A stretch of DNA of 64,000 nt, from the NCBI GenBank assembly GCA_038207335.1, contig JBBQZX010000015.1, forward strand, positions 55,445 through 119,444, read 5' to 3'. Both the position numbers and the translations under genes were made by a program. The notes below the pieces were generated by a model, which worked only from the letters and a program-made list of their open reading frames with translations, had not been told where the DNA came from and searched no databases. This document shows, piece after piece, positions 11,178 through 23,153 of this stretch (positions are counted from its first letter, which is position 1; every line of letters begins with the position of its first letter). The stretch comes from Chthoniobacterales bacterium. GTDB lineage: Bacteria > Verrucomicrobiota > Verrucomicrobiia > Chthoniobacterales > Chthoniobacteraceae.

Positions 11178-12545
11178 TCAGGCTGGCTCGACGACGACTC
11201 GCGAGCCTTCGATTTGCACGATCTGGACGGGCGCTTCGGCGGGGATGTATTCGCCGCGGGAGACGACATCGACGAGTTGTTCGCCGAAGATGGCTTTGCC
11301 GCTTGGGCGCAGGGTGGTGCGCGCAATGCCTGTCATCCCGGCGGCGATGGCGAGGACGGCGCTGGAGACCGGCAGGGGGATGGAGGAGGGGACCGTGGCG
11401 CCGAGGACGATGCGGTGGTAAAAGGGGGTGTTCGGGAGGTATTTCGCGAGGAAGTAGGCGAGGAGGATCGCGGCGCCGAGGGCGACGCCGAGATTGAGGA
11501 CGGGTCGCAGGAGCATGTCCTGCGTCGGCCAGATGGGCTGGCTCGGCCAGCGATCGATCATGGCGTAGATGAGAGAGGAGATCATGAGCATGACGCCGAC
11601 GATGCCGGGCGCGACGGTGCCGGGGTGGATGATGAGTTCGCCCAAGACGAGGGCGAGCCCGAGCGCAAAGCAAACCGATGCCTCCCATCCGGCGAGCCCG
11701 GCGATGTAGTGCCCGGCAAAGAAGAGGAAAAAGCAGATGATGGAGCTGACGCCGAAGATGCCGAAGCCGGGGATTTTAAACTCGATGTATCCGCAGATGA
11801 TGCCGCCGAGGAGCAGCAGTGGCGCGAGGGTGGTGATCCAAAATGCGAGCCGCTCGAAGCCGGTCGGCGAGACGGTGCGCACGATGCCCGTGAGGCCCTC
11901 CTTTTTCAGCATGTCCTCGACGGAAGTCGCGATGCCCGTGGCGAGCAGCGGCTTGCCGTCGTAAACGCGCGCGGCTTCTTCCGCGCTGAGCGTGAGGAGG
12001 GAGTCGCTGCCGTCGATGACGACGTCGCCGATCTTGAGCTCCTTTTCTTTTTTGATGAACGCGTCGGCGACTTCCGGACGGTGGCCGTTTTTCTGCGCAG
12101 CGGCTCTGGCGATGGCTGACATGGCGGAGGAGGTCTTGTCGGCCATGGTCTTCGCGAGGTCCGCGCCGCTGGAATCCACGGGGGCGGCTGCGCCGATGGC
12201 GGCAGTGGGCGACATGTAGATCTTCTGCGTGGCGAGCGCGATGAGAGCGCCCGCGGAAAGCGCGCGGCCATCGACGAAGGTGTAGGTGGGCACGGTCGTT
12301 TTGAGCAGGGCGTTCATGTTGTCGATGGCGGCCATCACCTCCCCGCCGTTGGTCGCCATATCGATGACGAAGGCGCTCGCGTGATCGCGCTCAGCGGTCT
12401 TCAGCGCGCGCCGCAGGAAGTAGAATTGTGCCTCCGAGACCTCGCTCTTCAGCGGCACGACATAGACCGGACCGACCTCCGCGGCGGAGGCGAAGACGGA
12501 CGACAGCACGAGCACGAACAGCCACCAGCAGCGGTGATATTTCAT
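11178..12545 (-). CDS. nfeD: NfeD family membrane-bound ClpP-class serine protease
   Basis: Signal peptide, [21 protein letters not shown] region and C-terminal [17 protein letters not shown]-fold. Confidence 0.9.
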   Translation of the reverse strand: MKYHRCWWLFVLVLSSVFASAAEVGPVYVVPLKSEVSEAQFYFLRRALKTAERDHASAFVIDMATNGGEVMAAIDNMNALLKTTVPTYTFVDGRALSAGALIALATQKIYMSPTAAIGAAAPVDSSGADLAKTMADKTSSAMSAIARAAAQKNGHRPEVADAFIKKEKELKIGDVVIDGSDSLLTLSAEEAARVYDGKPLLATGIATSVEDMLKKEGLTGIVRTVSPTGFERLAFWITTLAPLLLLGGIICGYIEFKIPGFGIFGVSSIICFFLFFAGHYIAGLAGWEASVCFALGLALVLGELIIHPGTVAPGIVGVMLMISSLIYAMIDRWPSQPIWPTQDMLLRPVLNLGVALGAAILLAYFLAKYLPNTPFYHRIVLGATVPSSIPLPVSSAVLAIAAGMTGIARTTLRPSGKAIFGEQLVDVVSRGEYIPAEAPVQIVQIEGSRVVVEPA

Positions 12546-12636
12546 TTGCAAAAAGCGTCCACCCGCCCGCACTCGCGCTCAAGGGGAATCGCGCACGGCT
12601 TGGCATCGGCCCGCCGCGCGCTACGCTCCCGCCGCC

Positions 12637-13746
12637 ATGCACGATCCCCGCTTTGACAAACTCGCACGCATCCTCGTCACCCACTCCACGCGTCTCGCGA
12701 AGGGCGAGCACGTGCTCATCGATGCGTTCGACATTCCCGACGAGATGACTGTGGCGCTCGTCCGCGCCGCCCGCGATGCCGGAGCCGTGCCGCTCGTGCA
12801 GATTCATCACGCCCGCGTCGCCCGCGAGATGGCGCTCGGCGCGCAAGAATCCGCGCTGGAACTGACGAACACGCTGCAACTCGCGCAGATGAAAAAGATG
12901 GCCGCCTACATCGCCGTGCGCGGCGGGCAGAACATCACCGAGATGTCCGATGTGCCGCCGGAGAAAATGAAACTCGTGGGGAAGAAGCTGAAGCCCGTGC
13001 TGGACTGGCGCGTCAAGAAAACGCGCTGGTGCGTGCTGCGCTGGCCGTCGTCGTCGATGGCGCAGCAGGCGGGGATGAGCACCGAGCAGTTCGAGGATTT
13101 TTACTTCAATGTCTGCACGCTCGACTACGCGCGCATGGCGCCCGGCATGAAGGCGCTGAAGGCGGCGATGGACGGCGCGGATCGCGTGGAGATCCGCGGC
13201 CCCGGCACCGACCTGCGATTTTCGATCAAGGGCATCGGCGCGATCACCTGCGGCGGCACGCACAATATTCCCGACGGCGAGGTTTTCACCGCGCCCGTGC
13301 GCGACTCGGTGAATGGGCACATCGCGTTCAATGCCGGCACGATTTATCAAGGCACGGCGTTCGACGACGTGCGGCTGGAATTCACGAACGGAAAGGTCGT
13401 CGGCGCGACGTCGAACCACACGGAGAAGCTCAACGCGATCCTCGACAGCGACGACGGCGCGCGCTTCATCGGCGAGTTCGCGATCGCCTTCAACCCGCAC
13501 ATCATGCACCCGATGCGAGACATCCTTTTCGACGAGAAGATCAACGGCTCGTTCCATTTCACGCCCGGCCAAGCCTACGAAGAGGCCGACAACGGCAACC
13601 GCTCGCAAGTCCACTGGGATATGGTGCAAATCCAGCGCCCCGACTACGGTGGCGGCACGATCCACTTCGACGGAAAACTCATCCGCGAAAACGGACTGTT
13701 TGTCCCGAAAGCGCTCCAGGCCTTGAATCCCGAGCGGCTGAATTAA
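12637..13746 (+). CDS. M29 family aminopeptidase (AmpS/PepS-like)
   Basis: [22 protein letters not shown] and SQVHWDMV motifs. Confidence 0.92.
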   Translation: MHDPRFDKLARILVTHSTRLAKGEHVLIDAFDIPDEMTVALVRAARDAGAVPLVQIHHARVAREMALGAQESALELTNTLQLAQMKKMAAYIAVRGGQNITEMSDVPPEKMKLVGKKLKPVLDWRVKKTRWCVLRWPSSSMAQQAGMSTEQFEDFYFNVCTLDYARMAPGMKALKAAMDGADRVEIRGPGTDLRFSIKGIGAITCGGTHNIPDGEVFTAPVRDSVNGHIAFNAGTIYQGTAFDDVRLEFTNGKVVGATSNHTEKLNAILDSDDGARFIGEFAIAFNPHIMHPMRDILFDEKINGSFHFTPGQAYEEADNGNRSQVHWDMVQIQRPDYGGGTIHFDGKLIRENGLFVPKALQALNPERLN

Positions 13747-13758
13747 GCCGCCCGCGCC

Positions 13759-14796
13759 CTACCAGCCGTGCGCGTCGCGGACTTGGATCATCTTTTCCAG
13801 GATCGCATTCCACGTCTGCGGCTGCTCCAGCTTCACATTCGGGAACATGCAGCCGTCCCAGCAAATGTGCTGGATGCCGCGCGCGGGTGCGTCTTTGAGC
13901 CAGTAGCCCGCGCACTTCACGATATCGAGTTTGCCATTCGAATCATCCGCCGGGCAGTGCTTGCCAGTCTTGTCGTGCGCGCCCGCGCCGTGGACTTCGC
14001 CGTCATTTTGCGCGACGTGAAAATCGATCGTCCACGGCCGCAGCTTGTCGGTCATCGTCTCGTAGGCCGCCCAGAATTCCGCATCGCTCGCGCCCGGCTG
14101 AAGCAGCGCGTGCTCAGGCGCGTTGTAGCCGAGCAGGTAGAGGTACGTGTGCGCGAGGTCGGCTTGAAAACCGAGTGTCTCCGGCATCCCGACCGCCTCG
14201 AGAAGATCGAGCATGTCCTTCCACGAGTGCATTCCGGCCCAGCAAATCTCCCCCTCCGCCGCGAGCCGCTCGCCATGCTGCTCCGCGATCTTCGCCGCCT
14301 CGCGAAAAGTCTCCGCGATCTTCGCCGTGTTCGCGGCCGGATTTTCGCCCCACTTGTTCACGCCGAACTCCGCTGAATCGATCCGAATGACGCCATACTT
14401 CCGCCCGCCACGTTTGTTGAAAATGCCCGCGATCCGGCACGCCATCTTCACCGCGCTCAGGAATTTCTCGCGCGCCGCGGCGTCGCCCATCGCCGAGTCG
14501 CCGACCGTCCCCGGCCACACCGGCGCGACGAGCGAACCGATCGCGAATCCTTTGCTGGCGATCAAATCCGCGATGCCCGCGAGTTCGTCATCGCTCGCCT
14601 CGGGATTCGTGTGCGGGAGAAAAAGGAAGTAGTCGATCCCGTCAAATTTCTGCCCATCCACCTCCGCCGCCGCGGTGAGATCGAGCATTTTCTCGAGGCT
14701 GATCGGTGGCTCCTGGCCCTCGGCGTCGCCTTTGCCGACGAGGCCGGGCCACATTGCGTTGTGAAGTTTCGGGAGGGTATTTGGATGCGTGCTCAT
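13759..14796 (-). CDS. Sugar phosphate isomerase/epimerase (xylose isomerase-like TIM barrel)
   Basis: [12 protein letters not shown] and FHVAQND metal-binding-type motifs; start ATG 14796. Confidence 0.75.
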   Translation of the reverse strand: MSTHPNTLPKLHNAMWPGLVGKGDAEGQEPPISLEKMLDLTAAAEVDGQKFDGIDYFLFLPHTNPEASDDELAGIADLIASKGFAIGSLVAPVWPGTVGDSAMGDAAAREKFLSAVKMACRIAGIFNKRGGRKYGVIRIDSAEFGVNKWGENPAANTAKIAETFREAAKIAEQHGERLAAEGEICWAGMHSWKDMLDLLEAVGMPETLGFQADLAHTYLYLLGYNAPEHALLQPGASDAEFWAAYETMTDKLRPWTIDFHVAQNDGEVHGAGAHDKTGKHCPADDSNGKLDIVKCAGYWLKDAPARGIQHICWDGCMFPNVKLEQPQTWNAILEKMIQVRDAHGW

Positions 14797-14901
14797 GGTG
14801 TGAGAATTTGTTGGCTCCGCGTGTGATAATTCAGCGCGGAAAAGAGCGCACTGTCTGCCGAAACCGTCCCGCACCGACAAGCCCGATTTGAAATCCGCGA
14901 G

Positions 14902-16005
14902 TCACTTTCCGAGCCCGACGATCGGTCCCGCGTAACCCGTCAGCTCCAAATACCCATGCCCGCGCACCGCTTTTCCGCCGCGCGTGCCGGTTGCTTCGAT
15001 GAGCCCCTCCCAATACGACACCGGCGGCGCATCGAGTTCCTGCGCCTCGACCGGCGTGGAAACTTCCAGCGCGAGCGCGAGCGACGGCAGCTCCACCCGC
15101 CACGCGATCGGGTAGTTCGCGCCGGTCGCTTTGCTCTTCCAAAATCTCACCGGCGTGAGCCTGTAGTCGCCGCGCGAAAGGTGCCGGGTCGTGCCATCCG
15201 CCGCGATGAATGTGCCGCTGGAAACCGGGTCGATGCTGCCGTCGCGGAGCCGCATTTGGTAAAGCATCAGTTCGCTCCCGTCATCGAGTTGCAAGCTGAA
15301 CCAGTCCCATCCAGCCTGCTCCGCTGCGAGCTGATTGCTCGCCCATTCGTGGTCGAACCAACTCTCTCCCGTGACCGCAACCGCGCGCCCGCCGAGCGTC
15401 ACGCTGCCGCCCGTGGTCATCCGCGTGCCGGAATAATAATGCGACGCGTGCCCTGCTCCCGCGGCCTTCTGGCTCACACCATCTGCGCCGTGAATGGCCC
15501 ATTGCTTGCCCGACACACACGAAAGATCGACCGCCATTTCCTCGCTCGCCGCGCGCAGATGAAACGCGCCATCCGCCTCGATCGTGAGCGACCAGTCGTC
15601 GATCCACGCGACCTTTCCACTCGCCGAAAAACCCGCCTCGCCAAACGCGCCCCGGCTCGTTTTCTGGAAAAAGTGAAACCGCTTTCCCCCGACATCGGTC
15701 AGCGCGAAATGCGCGAACTTCAAATCATCCACAACGAACCGCGAAGTCGTTCCGCCGCGCTCTGAAGGTGGCCGGATGCCCTGCCGGAAAAACGTGAGTT
15801 CGTATCCCAAGCGCCGCCCACTTTCATCGTGCAGGTCGCCTGTGAAATACCACCATTCGGTCTTGAATCCCTCATGCGGCCCGTGATCGCGAGGAAACTC
15901 ATACTGCCATCCATTCAAGGCAGGAAGCCACTCCGCAGCCGACGCACTCGCAACCGCTGCGAGAAAAATGCACGCTAGCCAAACAGTCCTGAGCAGCGTT
16001 AGCAC
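14902..16005 (-). CDS. Secreted lipocalin-like hydrolase / CrtC (AttH)-like protein
   Basis: FPRDHGPH..EWWYFTG, SWFDHEW, GWDWFSLQL, YWEG and GYLELTGY motifs; GTG start overlaps the pfk stop. Confidence 0.85.
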   Translation of the reverse strand: MLTLLRTVWLACIFLAAVASASAAEWLPALNGWQYEFPRDHGPHEGFKTEWWYFTGDLHDESGRRLGYELTFFRQGIRPPSERGGTTSRFVVDDLKFAHFALTDVGGKRFHFFQKTSRGAFGEAGFSASGKVAWIDDWSLTIEADGAFHLRAASEEMAVDLSCVSGKQWAIHGADGVSQKAAGAGHASHYYSGTRMTTGGSVTLGGRAVAVTGESWFDHEWASNQLAAEQAGWDWFSLQLDDGSELMLYQMRLRDGSIDPVSSGTFIAADGTTRHLSRGDYRLTPVRFWKSKATGANYPIAWRVELPSLALALEVSTPVEAQELDAPPVSYWEGLIEATGTRGGKAVRGHGYLELTGYAGPIVGLGK

Positions 16006-17288
16006 AAACGCGGCGGCTGGCCGGTGCTCTCCAGCACGGCGTGCCACAGCTCGCTTTTCGGGTCCACTTTTCTCCGGCCCGTCGTCGCCAGCGCGATCGG
16101 CAAATGCACGAACGCTCCGTGCCAGCGGCCGACTAGCAGCCCCGTCTTCCCCGCCATCGCGGCGTGCACCGCGTGCTGCGCGAGCTGCGAGCAATACACG
16201 TTGTCCTGCGGATTCGCTGGCACGCTGCGGATGATGTAGCTCGGGTCGATGTAGCGCAGACTGATCGGGATGCGGCGCTCGCTGAAAAACGCGCCGATGC
16301 GCTCTTTCAAGAATGCACCGATGTCGCCCAGCTTCTTGTTTCCGCTCGCGTCGAATGCGTCCGGTCCAGCGGGAATCAAGTCCTGGCCAGCGCCTTCGGC
16401 CACCACGATCACGGCGCGTTTGTTTTTCGCGAGCCGGTATCGGAGCGCCTCGAGGAGCCCGCGCTGGCCGTCGAGTTCGAAATGCACCTCGGGGATCAGC
16501 ACGAAATCGACGTTGCTGCCGGCGAGCGCGGCGTAGCTGGCGATGAAGCCGGAGTCGCGGCCCATCAGCTTCAGCAGCCCGATGCCATTCATCGCGCCAG
16601 TCGCCTCGACGTACGCGCATTTCACTGCCTGCACCGCATTGGCGAACGCCGTCTCGAAGCCGAAACTTTTGTCGAGATACATGATGTCGTTGTCGATCGT
16701 CTTCGGAATCCCGACGACCGCCTTTTTCAACCCCCGCCGCTCAATCTCCTCCGCGATCGCCGCCGCACCCCGCAGCGTGCCGTCACCGCCGACCACGAAA
16801 AACATGTCGATGTTCATCTCCTCTAGCACATCGACCATTTCCCCCACATCCTGCGGGCCGCGCGATGTGCCGAGGATGCTGCCGCCGAAATTGTGAACCT
16901 GCGAGATCGACTCTGGGCGGATGAGCGCGGGCGTGTGGCCGTAGCGCTGGATGAGCCCCTCGTAGCCATATTTGAAACCGAACACGCGCGTGACGCCATA
17001 GCGGTTGTAGCACTGCGTCACGATGCCGCGGATAATGTCGTTCAGCCCGGGGCAGAGTCCGCCGCACGTCACGATCGCGGCTGTCGCTTTCGGCGGATCA
17101 AAGAACGTCTTCTCCCGAGGCCCGGCGACCTCGAAGCTCAGTGGCTCCTCCATGTTGCGCTCCGCCCCTTCGGCGTGATCGAAAAGGATGCGGTCGTCGT
17201 CGTTTCTAAACGGTACCTCTGCCGCTCCCAGATGGCGGAGCGGTGAATCGAAGCGGCATTCGCCGAGTGACTTGATCAAGGTGTCCAT
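15999..17288 (-). CDS. pfkA: ATP-dependent 6-phosphofructokinase
   Basis: [22 protein letters not shown] and MGRDSG motifs; start ATG 17288. Confidence 0.93.
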   Translation of the reverse strand: MDTLIKSLGECRFDSPLRHLGAAEVPFRNDDDRILFDHAEGAERNMEEPLSFEVAGPREKTFFDPPKATAAIVTCGGLCPGLNDIIRGIVTQCYNRYGVTRVFGFKYGYEGLIQRYGHTPALIRPESISQVHNFGGSILGTSRGPQDVGEMVDVLEEMNIDMFFVVGGDGTLRGAAAIAEEIERRGLKKAVVGIPKTIDNDIMYLDKSFGFETAFANAVQAVKCAYVEATGAMNGIGLLKLMGRDSGFIASYAALAGSNVDFVLIPEVHFELDGQRGLLEALRYRLAKNKRAVIVVAEGAGQDLIPAGPDAFDASGNKKLGDIGAFLKERIGAFFSERRIPISLRYIDPSYIIRSVPANPQDNVYCSQLAQHAVHAAMAGKTGLLVGRWHGAFVHLPIALATTGRRKVDPKSELWHAVLESTGQPPRLC

Positions 17289-17458
17289 GCGCGCGCATTG
17301 ACTGGCTTTCCGCCGCCCATCGGGCAAGACGAAAAGCGCGCGGATCAGCTTTGGCAGAAGATCGGAGGATCGTGGCTTGCCAGCGAGGCATCCAAATTTC
17401 ATCCTCTGGACGAACCATAAACCAACTCTGCACTCGCGGAAAATCACCTCATAAAATC

Positions 17459-18085
17459 ATGGCCTACGAACTCCCACCGCTCCCCTACTCCAACGACGCC
17501 CTCGAACCTTCGATCGACGCGCGCACGATGGAAATCCACCACGACAAACATCACGCCGCTTACGTGACTAATCTCAACAAAGCCCTCGAATCCGCGCCGG
17601 AGCTCGCGAGCAAGCCGGTCGAGGAACTCGTCGCAGATCTCAGCGCCGTGCCCGATGCGATCCGCACCGCAGTTCGCAACAACGGCGGCGGTCACGTGAA
17701 CCACAGCTTTTTCTGGAAGCTCCTGAAAGCCGGTGGTGGCCAACCGGGCGGCGATCTCGGCAAGGCGATCGCGGAAACGTTCGGAGATTTCGAGCAGTTC
17801 AAAACGAAGTTTGAAGCCGCGGGTGCCGGTCGTTTTGGCAGCGGCTGGGCGTGGCTCGTCGTGAATGGCGGCAAGCTCGAAATCGGCTCCACGGCAAATC
17901 AGGACAGCCCGCTCATGGGAAAAGCAGTCGCCGGAATCGAAGGCAAGCCGGTGCTCGGCCTCGATGTCTGGGAGCACGCCTACTACCTGAATTACCAAAA
18001 CCGACGCCCCGATTACATGAAGGCGTGGTGGAGCGTTGTGCACTGGGACCAAGCCGAGGCAAACTATCAAGCCGCGTTGAAGTAA
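17459..18085 (+). CDS. sodA: Superoxide dismutase, probably Mn type
   Basis: HHDKHH, NNGGGH, ANQD and DVWEHAYY motifs. Confidence 0.95.
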   Translation: MAYELPPLPYSNDALEPSIDARTMEIHHDKHHAAYVTNLNKALESAPELASKPVEELVADLSAVPDAIRTAVRNNGGGHVNHSFFWKLLKAGGGQPGGDLGKAIAETFGDFEQFKTKFEAAGAGRFGSGWAWLVVNGGKLEIGSTANQDSPLMGKAVAGIEGKPVLGLDVWEHAYYLNYQNRRPDYMKAWWSVVHWDQAEANYQAALK

Positions 18086-18110
18086 CCGCCGCTTTCGCCT
18101 CTCATTTCAA

Positions 18111-18146
18111 GCCCGGTGCCGCACAAGCGGCACCGGGCGTATTTTG
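18111..18146 (+). terminator. Terminator hairpin between the convergent sodA and OB-fold genes
   Basis: GCCCGGTGCCGC-ACAA-GCGGCACCGGGC followed by GTATTTTG. Confidence 0.7.
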
Positions 18147-18158
18147 TACGGACAACGG

Positions 18159-19016
18159 TCACCGCACGAGGTCGCACTTTGCCACCCGCACGACTTCATC
18201 CAACCCTTCACACACACCGCGGATTTCCACGGTCTGACCCTTTTGGAGGCGAGCCGCGCCGCTGTCGTTTCCTTTAGGAGAAATCACAATCGTCGAGGCG
18301 CCGAACTGCTGCTCGTCGCGAAAGCGAAAATCGCTAGCCGAGAACTCGCACTGAACCCAGCCGCCCGCACCGCCCGTAAGATAGACAAGTTGCACTTTCG
18401 GATTTTTTGCATCCTCTCGTGAGCCGCCGAAAACTCCACGCACGACGATCCTCTGTCCTTTGTAGATCTTGTCCGCCCGCGCGCGATCCGCGCCGTAATC
18501 GACGAGCAGCGTGTCCGCCGTCACCACCGCACCGGCTTCCGCGCGGCTGACTGGCACGTATCCGTTTTGCAACCGCTCGATCGCCTTTCGCACCGCGAGC
18601 GCGTCGTCGAGTTTCCCCGCGATTGTGAGCGATTTCTTCACCTCCACCAGCCGCGGAACGCTCTCCGAAACAAGCTGTGCAGTGAGTTCCTTGATCTTCT
18701 CGATACTCGCCGACTGCGCCGCCCGCAATGATTTCGGCTCGTTCACGAGATTCGTCTCCGTCAGCGTTTGCTCCTTCCTCACGCGCTCTTTTTCCGCGCG
18801 CACCGCGAGCGCATTGTCGAGATCGGCGGCCTTTTGAAAACCAACCTGCAACTCCTGCAATGCATCCTCGTATTTCCCAAGCACATCGCGCTGCACGTTC
18901 GCGATTTTGTCCTCACACTTCTGTGCTTCCGCTTCACCCACAAGTGCGGCGTTTTGCGAAAAAGCGAACGCTGGCAGTAATAGCAGCGCGAGCGCGATCA
19001 GACGAGCGGCGATCAT
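18159..19016 (-). CDS. Secreted protein with helical N-terminal module and tRNA_anti-like OB-fold
   Basis: Signal peptide; ADKIYKGQRIVVRGV and LQKGQTVEIRGVCEG are typical of tRNA_anti-like OB folds. Confidence 0.7.
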   Translation of the reverse strand: MIAARLIALALLLLPAFAFSQNAALVGEAEAQKCEDKIANVQRDVLGKYEDALQELQVGFQKAADLDNALAVRAEKERVRKEQTLTETNLVNEPKSLRAAQSASIEKIKELTAQLVSESVPRLVEVKKSLTIAGKLDDALAVRKAIERLQNGYVPVSRAEAGAVVTADTLLVDYGADRARADKIYKGQRIVVRGVFGGSREDAKNPKVQLVYLTGGAGGWVQCEFSASDFRFRDEQQFGASTIVISPKGNDSGAARLQKGQTVEIRGVCEGLDEVVRVAKCDLVR

Positions 19017-19327
19017 TTCAGACCTAGTGCCTTTTCGCGAAATCCCGCCATGTATCCCGCCACGAAACCGCGCTCCCATTTCGGATCGCGATTCGGGTCT
19101 TTTGCGCCCTCCTCATGCGCCATCGGCTCCACGGATTCAGGTGCCGGCGGTTGGTCGCGCGGCTTCGCCTCTTTCTGACCCATCGCGTATCCAGCCAGAT
19201 ACCCATCTTCGTACGGCACCACCTCCACGGGTTTGACATGCACGACCGGCACGGGCGGCTCTGGCTTTTTGCAAGCGCTGCCGAGCGCCAAAATCAATAG
19301 ACAAAAAGCGAAAGGGAGAAATTTCAT
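19013..19327 (-). CDS. Hypothetical lipoprotein
   Basis: MKFLPFAFCLLILALGSAC lipobox; 4-nt overlaps with both neighbours. Confidence 0.75.
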   Translation of the reverse strand: MKFLPFAFCLLILALGSACKKPEPPVPVVHVKPVEVVPYEDGYLAGYAMGQKEAKPRDQPPAPESVEPMAHEEGAKDPNRDPKWERGFVAGYMAGFREKALGLK

Positions 19328-19881
19328 GGGGCGATCGGCTGAGGGGAATCCACACAAGACCATTCACGCTTCGCGGGGTCGTATTTCAAGGGAACTTCCC
19401 AGGCCGCCTTCCTTGTCGCCCCGCTGTTGTCGGTCAAGGCCGCTCGCAAAATGGCGACACCGCGATCGGCCTTCGAGAGCTGAACCTCCTTCTTTCGAAA
19501 CGGCTCGAATACGACCAGTGCACCTTTGGGAACGGCCTGTGTCCGCACGGCGTCGCGTGCCCGCCAGTACGCTGCCTCCCGCGTGTATTTGTGCTGATAA
19601 ATCTCGCGCCAGCCGTCGAATGTAATCGGCCCGAAAACGTAGAGCAGAAGCCCAAGAAGAAGCGCGATCGAGAGACCGAGCGCTGGCATTTTCCACCGCT
19701 CTTTTTCCGCACGCCGGACGACGAGTTGCGTCACCGGCTGCCATTGCTCGAGCCCTTCACGCCAGTAAAGCACGTCCTCGTTGATCAGCCCGGAATTGAG
19801 CAAATGATCAATGTGCCGAATCGTGTAAGGCCCGCGCTGCGAGCCCTCCAGATGAAGGTAAAAGACCTCGGGGGAATTCAT
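19324..19881 (-). CDS. GYF_2 (DUF4339) domain membrane protein
   Basis: GSQRGPY...YWREGLEQWQP followed by a TM helix. Confidence 0.8.
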   Translation of the reverse strand: MNSPEVFYLHLEGSQRGPYTIRHIDHLLNSGLINEDVLYWREGLEQWQPVTQLVVRRAEKERWKMPALGLSIALLLGLLLYVFGPITFDGWREIYQHKYTREAAYWRARDAVRTQAVPKGALVVFEPFRKKEVQLSKADRGVAILRAALTDNSGATRKAAWEVPLKYDPAKREWSCVDSPQPIAP

Positions 19882-20054
19882 CGTGCGGTGCCGTTGATCA
19901 GTAGAGCGTCCAAGCCCGCGAATGCAAGCCGCCCACGAGCCGCGGAATGAATTCCCCAAACGTCTCAACGATCGAACGTTTCACAATTTTGCACTCCACC
20001 CACATCTTCCTCTGCTGCGTCCTCACGCCTCAGTGGGGTCAAATGTTCGCTACG

Positions 20055-20091
20055 CAAAAAACGAACAAGGGCGCTCGAAACCGAGCGCCCT
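20055..20091 (-). terminator. Intrinsic terminator immediately after rplK
   Basis: AGGGCGCTCG-GTTT-CGAGCGCCCT followed by TGTTCGTTTTTT on the minus strand. Confidence 0.75.
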
Positions 20092-20121
20092 CGCAAAATT
20101 GTCGTTGTTGGGTCGGGCCGA

Positions 20122-20547
20122 TTAAGCTTCGACTTCGACGCCCATTTGGCGCGCCGTGCCCGCGATGATCTTCGCCGCGGCTTCTTCAGTGCGCGCATTG
20201 AGGTCCTTCATCTTTATCTTCACGATGTCGGAGACTTGCTTCTTGGTCAGCTTACCGACCTTCACCTTGTTCGGCTCCTTAGAGCCGGCGGCGATTCCGA
20301 TCGCTTTCTTGATCAAGATCGCAGCAGGCGGCGACTTGGTGATGAAGGTGAAGGACTTGTCTTTGTAAACCGTGATGACGACCGGAAGGATGTCACCCGC
20401 CTGCTTCTGCGTGGTGGCGTTGAACTCCTTACAGAAGGCCATGATGTTGACACCCTGCTGACCCAGCGCGGGACCGACAGGAGGTGCAGGATTCGCCTGT
20501 CCGGCGGGAATCTGGAGTTTGATTTGTGCGACGACTTCTTTGGCCAT
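20122..20547 (-). CDS. rplK: 50S ribosomal protein L11
   Basis: [13 protein letters not shown] and IAGTARQMG motifs. Confidence 0.98.
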   Translation of the reverse strand: MAKEVVAQIKLQIPAGQANPAPPVGPALGQQGVNIMAFCKEFNATTQKQAGDILPVVITVYKDKSFTFITKSPPAAILIKKAIGIAAGSKEPNKVKVGKLTKKQVSDIVKIKMKDLNARTEEAAAKIIAGTARQMGVEVEA

Positions 20548-20620
20548 TTTCGGGGAAGTTGAGAGTTAGGTGTTGAGAGTTGAGTGAGACGTTGGTCCTG
20601 AGAGCGCTAAAGCTAAGGGC

Positions 20621-21187
20621 CTAAGCGCGTTCGACTTGCCAGTATTCGAGATCGACGAGGGTGTTGCGGCCGAAGATGCTGACGGAAACGCGCAGCTTGC
20701 CGCGCTCCGGATCGATTTCCTCGACCACGCCGCTTTGATTTTGGAAAGGCCCGTCCGCGACTTTAACCATCTCGCCGACTCCGAAGGTGATCTTCGGCTT
20801 GACCTTCTCCTCGCCGCCGCGGACCTGTAGGAGCAGCCCATCGACCTCGTGCTTCTGCATCGCGATTGGGCGATCTTTTGTACCGGCAAAGCCAATGACG
20901 CCATTGGTCTCGCGGATGAAATACCATGTCTTGCCGACGAGTTGCTTGTTCTCGTCGATGAGGAACATGTTCACGATCAGGTATCCCGGGAAAAACTTGC
21001 GGGTCGTCTCGGTCTTTTTGCCGCGCTTGATCTCGGAGACGCGCTCGGTCGGAAGGACGATGTCATAGACGTAGTCACCCATTTCCTCGGTCTTGATGCG
21101 CTTGACCAAGTTGTCATGCACCTTCTGTTCCATGCCGGAAAGGCAATGGACGACATACCACTGACTGCGTTTCTCTTCTTCGGTCAT
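20621..21187 (-). CDS. nusG: Transcription termination/antitermination factor NusG
   Basis: WYVVH, FPGY and KOW domain GPF..G.V..SIFGR. Confidence 0.97.
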   Translation of the reverse strand: MTEEEKRSQWYVVHCLSGMEQKVHDNLVKRIKTEEMGDYVYDIVLPTERVSEIKRGKKTETTRKFFPGYLIVNMFLIDENKQLVGKTWYFIRETNGVIGFAGTKDRPIAMQKHEVDGLLLQVRGGEEKVKPKITFGVGEMVKVADGPFQNQSGVVEEIDPERGKLRVSVSIFGRNTLVDLEYWQVERA

Positions 21188-21196
21188 GGGAAAATG

Positions 21197-21409
21197 TTAC
21201 TTCGTGATCGCGCCGACGATGTTCACCATGACGAAGTCCCAGAAAGCGACGTAGCCGCTGAGGAGGAGCATCGCGATGACGACGATGAGGGTCGAGTCGA
21301 TCAGCTCTTTATACTTCTTCATCCCCTTCTCTTTCGGCTCCCACGGCCATGAGGCTTTCTGCAACTCGACTTTGACTTCGCCGATGAAATTTTTCGTATT
21401 GCCGAGCAT
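21197..21409 (-). CDS. secE: Preprotein translocase subunit SecE
   Basis: EVKVELQKASWP plus one TM helix; canonical position between tRNA-Trp and nusG. Confidence 0.93.
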   Translation of the reverse strand: MLGNTKNFIGEVKVELQKASWPWEPKEKGMKKYKELIDSTLIVVIAMLLLSGYVAFWDFVMVNIVGAITK

Positions 21410-21454
21410 TGAGAGGTGGGAAAAGGAAGGTGGACAGAACTGAATGGAGAAGAG

Positions 21455-21527
21455 CACGCCAGGAGGGACTTGAACCCCCAACAAGCGGTTTTGGAGACCG
21501 CTGCTCTACCAATTGAGCTACTGACGC
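21455..21527 (-). tRNA. tRNA-Trp(CCA); 3' CCA not encoded
   Basis: GCGTCAGTAGCTCAATTGGTAGAGC..GCGGT-CTCCAAA-ACCGC..GGTTCAAGTCC cloverleaf. Confidence 0.96.
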
Positions 21528-21595
21528 AGCTGAAAAAGCTTTTGGAAAAATGAAGCGAGGCGGGCTTTCGTCAAGCCCGCCCCGCCTCGAATCAT

Positions 21596-22804
<1,209 letters not shown>

Positions 22805-22908
22805 AAGTCAGTGGGTTGGTTTGGTTTGTGTTGTTTCTGGTTAAAATTTTGCGCTCTCCGAGAAGAGCGTTTTTTCACTGCCTGCCGCCCGCGTCGCCGC
22901 TGGGGCAG

Positions 22909-22981
22909 AGCCTGCGACCGGGTTTGAACCGGTGACCTCATCCTTACCAAGGATGTGCTCTACCAACTGAGCTACGCAGGC
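22909..22981 (-). tRNA. tRNA-Thr(GGT); 3' CCA not encoded
   Basis: GCCTGCGTAGCTCAGTTGGTAGAGC..CATCC-TTGGTAA-GGATG..GGTTCAAACC cloverleaf. Confidence 0.96.
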
Positions 22982-23153
22982 TTTCTCCGGCGATTCCGCT
23001 TCTGGAAAATCGTCGCCGGGACGACGACATTTCAGCAGCAGCTTCACCGATCGCTCCACTGTCTCCAGAGGGCGAAAAAGCCTGACTCACCGCGAGTTGC
23101 CCCGCGAGCGGTCAGGCGTTTTCACTTCTCCATTTTCAGAAAAGCGAGCGGGC

